This document shows, piece by piece, positions 10,223 to 17,679 of a stretch of 20,000 nucleotides of DNA. The translations under genes were made by a program, and so were the position numbers. Each line of letters opens with the position of its first letter. The stretch's first letter is position 1. The notes under the pieces are model-generated. The model saw nothing but the letters and a program-made list of their open reading frames with translations. It was not told the origin of the DNA and searched no databases. The DNA is from Spirogloea muscicola (Eukaryota): positions 868,471 to 888,470 of the forward strand of contig WELB01000006.1 in NCBI GenBank assembly GCA_009602725.1, in the 5' to 3' direction.

Positions 10223-11304
10223 GTGGAAGGTCCGCCCGGTTTGCTCGTGAATTTTAGGACGCATATGACCTGGGCTGCAAGGAGGCGATTAAGGTGAAAG
10301 GCCAGCTCAATCAAGAAGCAACGTCGAGTGGAAAGCAAAAATGAAAGCGCAAAATACTCTGCAAAACGAAGTAGCTACTTGTAATTGCCATACAAAGAGC
10401 CCACTCAAGTGATCAAGAGCAGTTGGAAGGGAGAACGCGCTCCACTGCTTCACCTCCCTCAACCTCCCTCAGGGGTGCGGTGGCTGGAAGTGGAAAGCTG
10501 CCCACAAAGTCTCGGTAATGTGTGCCAGGGCGCGTATCGAGCAGACAAAGTCTCATCAGATGATCTGGCCCGCTGCTGGCACTCATACGGCAGCCTGGCG
10601 ATTGAGCCGTGGAACAGCTAGCACAAGGCAGAGCAAAAATCTACACTAACACCTCAACTCTGCCAACGCACTTGGCGGTCAGGCTATTCTGACTGCTGAG
10701 AAGGTGCCCCTCTAAGAGGAAAGAGCAACAGGCTGGCACCAGCCATGTAGCCTCCACTCTTGTCTGTTGCCTGCCTGGCTGCTGCACCTGGTGTCCCGCT
10801 GCTGCCTTCCTACCTCAGGCCAACGCTGCGCTTGTGCTGAGGCAGCGTCGCAGCTGCAACGGCGGCACCAATGCAGCGTTCAGAAGGTTACCATCTGCAC
10901 GCAGCCTTGGCTGCTGACCTTGCCCAACCCAGCCATTGATCTTCAGCTTCCTTGTTGCTTGCACGCCTGCGCCATGACACAAGGAATTGGGGTCCAGGGC
11001 TTTAGAGTGTCGTTATGCTCTTTGAGTAACTACGAGGCTCAAGGTCAGGTGACTTAGTAGAGATCGGGGGGGCAGCTTGTCTGTCAGCTTGTTGAAGCCA
11101 TAAGCCGCACCTTGAATCTCAACTTTGAGACCTAAGTAAGTAGAAGACATGGACAAGTGGTAGCCATCACTTGTCGGTGTGAAGCCCAGCTGCGCATGCG
11201 AGACGGCGCCAGGGCCAGAGAGCCCGCGGCTTTTTTGCCTTGCTGCCACTGGGATGTCGCTCGTCAGCGTTTTCAGGCCCCTTAGGACTTCTGTCCGTGC
11301 TTTC

Positions 11305-12180
11305 ATTAAGGCTGGCCTTTCAGAGCCATCGCCCCCTGTTGGGTGAAAGAAGAGAGTGCCCTTGCAAAGTAAGGCGATGAATCTGAGATGCCAGCCCAGA
11401 TAAAGAAGCAACCTAACAAACGGGCGAGGGCTGTGAAAAGGCAGCCCACACAACAATGAACAAGGACCAGAGGAGCCGGAAAATGTCCAGGAAAAAGAGA
11501 CAAGGTCCAATAGGGCCGGAAGGAGCAAACCACGGAGATACTCTTGATGACCTCTGCTCTGACACGCTAGTGCAGGTGATTTGTATGCGCCTGTCTATTG
11601 CCCTCCACCCAACAGAGGAATGAACAATTGAAGGCAGTGGCTGGGAAAGGCCAGCAGTCCTTGGCCCAAGCCTTGCATCTGCGAGCTGGCTATGCTTAGC
11701 AGCCTCCTGCTATCGTAAAGGTGACTGCTGTCCGGCGGCTAGTCTTTCTGACTTGCGGTTGCTTACTAAGAGGGTATCTGAGTGATTTTGGTACTTGCTT
11801 AGTTGTGTGTTCCAGTGGTTTCCGGCCCTTCGGACCTTGTCCATCATTTTCGGGCTTTTCACAGCCCTTTCTCCCTTTGGATGAGCTTACTTTGCTGATG
11901 GACGCTCAATATATTGATTCAGCAGATCGGACCAAGTAGAGGGGGAATATGCGGCGCCCTGGCGACACGCGGAGGCAGCAGCTAAGGGGCGGCCTGCCCG
12001 CAAGTGCATGCCGAAGGCCAGGAAGGCTGCAGAAGAAGCAGGTCTTGTGAAGGAAGCAAGAAACAGCTCTCCGATGAGGCAATGGCCGTGAGAGGCCAGC
12101 CCACCAGAGGAATGAACACGAATGCGGCTGTTGATATTAAAAGTGCGGCTGTTAAGAGGCCAGCCAGATGCATCCAGCAT
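11305..12180. mobile_element. Mosaic of CRE-like 3' fragments
   Basis: UTR pieces 11310-11345 (+) and 11420-11522 (-); ORF tail ALHLRAG...AASLSDLRLLT + UTR 11670-11890 (+); AFGMHLRAGRPLAAASACRQGAAYSPSTWSDLL about 12030-11918 (-); UTR C 12122-12175 (-), matching 4668-4715. Confidence 0.75.
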
Positions 12181-12199
12181 CCAAGACGGAGCCACCAGG

Positions 12200-13775
12200 C
12201 TAGGCAGACGGCGCGAACAGGAATTTCGTGTATTTGAAACAAACGAAGGCCAAATGGCCAAGTACAAAGGCAAGCACATCTTAAGACCTACATAACCTAC
12301 AGTAGATTGACCCGCTCAGAAACCACGGGTCAGAACATAAAGGTCGCTAACCGATGTCTGGATACTAGATGGCAGATACGAAGCCCTTCTGCCACCAACT
12401 AGAGCTCGCCCAGCTTTCTGGTGCAAAGCATTAGCCTGAGCACGCAGCAAACAGGCCGAAACTCGTCGTCGCAACAACGACAGATAAGCAGCTGGCAAGC
12501 CCATCTCAGCCGGGAATACATCTGCATGTCGTGTGTAGCCTGATTGGCTATGTTTTGAAGGAGAGTGAGGAAACGAGGACCTAAGCAGCCAAAGATGTCG
12601 ATTGCTGCTGGCAAGAGCTGATCACCTTGGGGGTAATCGGAGTAGTGCTGCAACTTTCTTTGTTCAGCACTGCCCACTGCGTGGCCAGCGATGTGTGTCG
12701 ATGCTGGACCTTTATAGGCCTCCGTAACCACAATATCGACCAAAGCCCTTGGTCCTCCACCAGGTTGCACGCCCACAATGTCAAGTGTGCGGCGATGATG
12801 ACGTCCCTGGGCATCCGTGGTGATAGGCATGATGTTGTTCACTTCCACGACCGCACGGTACCCGGCGTCGCGCATCGAACCCGCCAGAGCATCACGGAGG
12901 AGGTTGTGGATGCCCACCACTTCTGGTCCAGAGGGGCATCGCAGTATGTGAGTGGCGAGCTCAGCACTCTCTGCGCGGAAGCCGCACTCACACTGGCGCA
13001 CCCCAATCAGGCAGTTAGGTGGGAGGCCGAGGAAGAGTTGAAGCGACGTCCGAAAGGCCTCGGAGCTGATGCTGAAGGCGCTGGCCACGGCGTGTGAGGT
13101 GATCCAGTCTGTGGCTCCAGGTGTGGCGAGGGAAGTAAACCTTGCCAGGCTCCTTGGATTGTTGTGAATCTCTGGCAGCCTCCTCAAGCTTCTGCGGCGC
13201 TCATCTTCCACTGCCGTAACCAGTCTGGATTGTGCCTTTCTATCCGAAGCTTGGGCGAGGGCGGAGAATGGCGTGCGTAGGGGTTGTATAGAGGGGAAGG
13301 AGCCGATTGCCGAGTCACGGATGCTCCTCAGATCCGCTTGGAAGGGTAAGGAGCCTTCCTCCACGTTGCGTACGGGATCGTGGAGGCAAGGGAAGCGCAT
13401 GGGAAGCATAGAGGCGATCTGGTGCCAGCAGCCCAGGAAGGCTGCTTGCGCCGTCTCCTCCAACGACCGGCAGCCAAGGCCGCCCATGCGAGTGGGGAGG
13501 GAAGCCTGGAGGGCAGATGAAGCGGAGGGGAAAGAGGAAGATTGTAGAAGGGATGCCAGGGACTGCAGCAGGGAGTTGTCGAATTCCTTGTAGAGCTCGC
13601 CCACCATGCCCATTGGGGCGACTGTCCGCTGCAAGTAGCATGCCCGTTGGCCGATGCAGCGGGTGAGAATGGCCAGCGCCAGCTGTGTGTCCCCACGGAG
13701 GGGAAGGAAGGGAGGGGGGCGAGATGTTTCTGGAGGCGTTCCCGCAAGTCCACCGCCACGTGAGAAGGGAGCGAG
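12200..13775 (-). mobile_element. 5'-truncated, frameshifted CRE-like non-LTR retrotransposon (RT thumb, CCHC zinc knuckle, restriction-like endonuclease, 3' UTR)
   Basis: RT thumb region GDTQLALAILTRC...YLQRT...QASLPTRMGGLG. Zinc knuckle CECG...HILRC followed by HNLLRD. RLE motifs VEV...TLDIV...ALVDIVV...AEQRKLQHY...PAAIDIFGCLG. C-terminus ...RVSACLLRAQANALHQKAGRAL...SVSDLYVLTRGF*, stop at 12318-12316. Frameshifts at about 13692 and about 12530. No RT catalytic YxDD region is present. Confidence 0.85.
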
Positions 13776-13974
13776 AGCTGTGAATGCGGAAAATGCGGAA
13801 TGCGGATGCAGAAAAGGATTCACGCCAAGAAGGGCAGGTCCTGGAAGGCGGGGCCCACGTCGCCTCGTTGGCAGGCTTCCCCGCCCCCATTACTAGGACA
13901 TTGTAAGGCCCGGTTTGGCCTCCCTTTCGTTTTATAAGCACCGCGCGCCTTTCCTGCGCGCCCCTCCCTCATCC

Positions 13975-14340
13975 TTACTTCTCCTCCATCGCCTGGCACT
14001 GCATGTCGATGCCAGTCGACGTAGTCGGGCGGGTAGCTGGGGCATTCTAGCGTCCCGCAAGCCATCGTTGCATGCTATAGAATGCGGCTATCATTGAGTC
14101 TACAGCGCTCCCAGGCACTCGCGATACGCCAGCGTGCTGGTCGTGCATAAGCCCAGGCCAATGGCTTCCGTGGTGGTGGTTTGGCGCCTCAGTATAGCAT
14201 GTCAGATACGCATGTGCTCACTCGGGCATATTAGTGTCCCCCTTAGCCAGCTCATTACCCACTTAACAGGACATTTGTAAGGCTAGAGTTGGCCTCCCTT
14301 TCAATTTCATGCGCACCGCGCGCCTTCTCTCTTACTTCTC
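13975..14340 (+). mobile_element. CRE-like 3' fragment with type-D 3' UTR
   Basis: LLLHRLA... then (frameshift) YRMRLSLSLQRSQALAIRQRAGRA*AQANGFRGGGLAPQYSMSDTHVLTRAY* (stop 14232-14234), followed by GGACATTTGTAAGG...TTGGCCTCCCTTTC...GCGCACCGCGCGCCTTCTCTC. A second D UTR lies at 13896-13955. Confidence 0.8.
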
Positions 14341-14342
14341 AG

Positions 14343-14423
14343 AAAGCAAGCGCGGCCAGATTAAATGGTGGCTGGGAGAGGCCAGCCCAAAAGAATAGAC
14401 AAGGTCTGAAGGAGTCGGAGTGC
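14343..14423 (-). mobile_element. Solo type-B CRE-like 3' UTR
   Basis: The reverse complement is near-identical to 1789-1870. Confidence 0.8.
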
Positions 14424-14501
14424 TAGTCTAGTTCCTGCCCACGTCCGCCAGTTGCGCCGCGAGCGAGCCGTTGCACCCACCTTCGAATCGAACCCCCCAC
14501 C

Positions 14502-14548
<47 letters not shown>
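14502..14548. repeat. (GCC)n microsatellite immediately before the ATG at 14549
   Basis: About 15 consecutive GCC units. Confidence 0.9.
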
Positions 14549-14549
<1 letters not shown>

Positions 14550-16847
14550 TGGAGCCGTCGCCACCGGCGCCGNNNNNNNNNNNNNNNNNNNNNNNNNNNN
14601 NNNNNNNNNNNNNNNNNNNNNNNNNNNNNNNNNNNNNNNNNNNNNNNNNNNNNNNNNNNNNNNNNNNNNNNNNNNNNNNNNNNNNNNNNNNNNNNNNNNN
14701 NNNNNNNNNNNNNNNNNNNNNNNNNNNNNNNNNNNNNNNNNNNNNNNNNNNNNNNNNNNNNNNNNNNNNNNNNNNNNNNNNNNNNNNNNNNNNNNNNNNN
14801 NNNNNNNNNNNNNNNNNNNCCACACGGCGGCGACGTTGGCCGGCCTCGCCGCCGGCCCTGCGGGCGAGCCGCCGCCGCCGCCGGCGCTCCTGCGCAGCCA
14901 GCTCCTCTTCCTCCAGGTCCCACCGAGGCCCCTCCCTCCACCATTCGCCTTCTTCTAGTGCCACGATTCGTCTCGTTGCCACGGCCGTGGCTGACGGCGC
15001 GGCGACCGCCGAGCAGGACCTCCTCCTGGCGGGCGTCATTGAGGCCCCTGCGTACCACGCCGCCAAGCTGCCGCTGCTGCGCCGGCTGGCCGACTGCGGC
15101 GCGGAGGTGGGCGCCCACGACTTCGTGCTGGCGCCGGTGCTGGCGCCAGCTCCAGCGCGGAGGCCGTCGCGTCACAGTGATATTTCGATAACTGGCACTA
15201 TACAATGCACGAGCAGCCCGACGTTAGACTTGGCAGGACAAGATGCCCGGGCAGCAAGGGCCGCTGCCGGAGCGCAGGCGGTGCAGACCATGGCGGCCGC
15301 CGGCCAGCTTCTCGGCAAGAAGCGAGGGGCGAAGGGCTCGTCGCCCAAGCTAGCGGCCGTGACTGCAGGCGGTGGGGGGGTGCCGCACGCCTTGGACTTC
15401 CTGCCGTATGGCCGCTGCCCGGCACGCACGCCTCCGCCAGTGCCAAGGCCCACAGGGCGACGCGCTGTGGCAGGCGCGGTCAATGGTGGCAATGCTGGCA
15501 GTGGAGGTAGCGGCGGCTGTGGAAGTAGCGAGCAAGTCGAGCAAGCAGGACTGGAGGAGCCCGGGCGGGACCTGCGGCTGCGCTTGTCGCGGCTGCGCCT
15601 GCCATGGAGCAGCGAGGATGCGGCGCTGCAGAGGCTTTCGCCAGGGAACGAAGGCTGCCACGACACAGTGCTCATCGGAGGGCTGCGGCCGCCGCTTCCG
15701 CACCCACGGCGGCGCATGGCGCCAGCGGCGAAGGACTCAAAGGGCATCGGCACGCCGCCCAAGGCGCCGCTTTTACTGCTGCCGCCGCCGCCGCTGCCGA
15801 CTGCCGTGCGCAACATGCCACTGCTGCCCAAGACGCCCGCGGACGTGCTCCCACTGCGCCGTCTCTACTCCTTCTCGCCCACGCCGCTGGTCGCTGCTGG
15901 CGGGCGGCGGCAGCCGGCACCATCACGTGCGGCACCTTTTGTTGGCGAGACGGGGAAGAAGAAGAAAGTGGGCGGCCTCCTCTCTGGCCTCATGCGCAGA
16001 GTGCGCAACCGAGGTCGAATCCAGGCGGCGGTACCGCCGGCAGCTGCCACAGCAGCGACGCCAGCACAGGCGTCGCGCCACGGCAGCATCGGCAGCGGTA
16101 GCAGCTGGGGGCTCCTGCAGCCGCCCCGCAAGCTGCAGGTGGAGGGCTTGCGCAAGTCCCTGGAGGCCCGCGGCGGCAGCAGCGTCGGCAGGGGCAACGT
16201 GCGGCGCTCGCGCAGCCATCGGGCTCCGATGCGGCGTTCTTCCCAAGACTGCCTGCTGCTACCCCCACCGTTGCAGCATGACACACTCCTTCACTCCGCT
16301 GTCAAAGGCCAACAATCGTCGCGGAATGCAGCCGATGAAAGAAACTTAGAGGACGACGGCAACGGAGACGGCGCTGGTAGCCCCGCCGAGATTCCTCCAG
16401 GCCACATGAGCTGGGTATCCGCTGCCGCTGGGGGCGCGCCAGAGCGCAACTGCACACCGGGAAGCGGCGCGCCTGACAGCACCCCAACCCCACTGCGCTC
16501 ACAGCGCCGTGCCCTTCGCGAGCACAACAGTCAGCAAGTCGTTCTCAAGCTCCCAATGGCCGCTATTGCGGCCCCGGCGATGGTGAGCTGACATGCTGGA
16601 TCAATGTTGCTAGCCAATCTAGCTGCCAGGCTGCTCACTTTACCTTCAAATTCAGAGCATCATTGAGCAGGTTTGCAACTTTGGCAAGCCCGGACTTCCT
16701 AATTCACGTCTAGGGCTCTGGTGTCTACCGCAGATTAAGCTGCTGAGGCAACCACTGTTGCCACGCAGCCGCCGAAGGGGGACAACGACTGTATTTGATG
16801 GATCACAGCCGGAACTGGACTGTCTGACATCCCCGGCAGCGGTCTAG
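14549..16847 (+). CDS. Uncharacterised protein with a SHOCT-like helix pair and a long Pro/Arg/Ser-rich low-complexity region; exons 14549-(gap)-14916, 15017-16582, tentative 16734-16847
   Basis: GCCATGG start follows a (GCC)n tract. Removing intron 14917-15016 (GT...GCTGAC...CAG) joins LRSQLLFLQ to DLLLAGVIEAPAYHAAKLPLLRRL, which fits the SHOCT pattern LxxLxxLxxxGxIxxxxYxxxKxxLL. The frame is open for 1.5 kb up to a GTGAGC donor at 16583. The last exon is tentative, and 14573-14819 is unsequenced. Confidence 0.6.
14573..14819. other. Assembly gap (run of N)
   Basis: Continuous N run in very GC-rich first-exon sequence. Confidence 0.99.
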
Positions 16848-17679
16848 CTGACTACCGATGCTGGCCTTGGATCACTTGGCCACCTCCAACCTGCAAAATC
16901 TTTGCAGTATTTGTGCATCGCAACAGGTCGCAGCGGCTTGGAACGGCTTGGACATAATGCCCAGGCTACAGATTGGTCATTGACCTTCCAGAGGTGATGA
17001 GGAGTGGTTCTTTCATCGTCCAGGCACATTAGCAGCAAGGGGTGCATCCTCTGTTGCTCCTCATGGGGCTGCTGGCGCAAGAATATCCAGCTTTGTATTC
17101 TATCTGATTATTAGCGCGCGTATGAGTGGATTGGCATCAAGTTCGAGTCAACTGTCTAGCTCGACTAGCTAAGGATCATTCAAAAAGTGCGACAACTGTG
17201 CGCCGGCCCCCAGCTCGTTGTCTTTGCAGAGCCTCAAGCTCTGCTATTTAATGTCACCACAGGCATGGACTGATTAGTGAAGTATACTGCCTCAATTGCA
17301 TGTCGTTGCAATACTCAGACCGCCTGGTTGCAAAGTGCCTGTACAATGTTGCGACTTTGACTGCTCAGCTTGTGATATAGGCTGGAAATAAGCGAGTAGG
17401 CATTTCGACCTGTTCCAGCATTTTGCAATTCTGAGCTTCACCATGGTGCCAGTGACAAGCGAGGAGGCCCGATGCATCTCTGCAAGTGACGCCATTGTGC
17501 GTCTGCAGCCACGGCCTTGTGCTCAACAATTGAGAATTTCAGCATTGAGAGTTTCAGCAGGAAGGCCTTGCAAGCTGCACCAAAGATGCTAGAGCATTCC
17601 AACCAGCACTTCAGAAGCAACTTGAGGTGGAGCAAGAGCAGATGGTGGTCGAGTAGTACATCTGGTGTGCTTGCTCATA

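Noticed and set aside
12399..13823. 474-aa intact protein-coding gene
   Set aside because: Both ends are out-of-frame read-through. The true element frame is broken at about 13692 and about 12530 and lacks the RT core.
13990..14340. Apparent structured ncRNA on the minus strand (several inverted repeats) behind a repeated promoter-like motif GCGCGCGGTGCGCATGA...GGCCAA
   Set aside because: The plus strand translates to the retroelement C-terminus (YRMRLSLSLQRSQ...VLTRAY*), so the motif is its type-D 3' UTR read backwards.
14471..16591. 706-aa single-exon ORF as given in the ORF track
   Set aside because: It crosses an N gap of uncertain length and an intron, so the continuity is artefactual.
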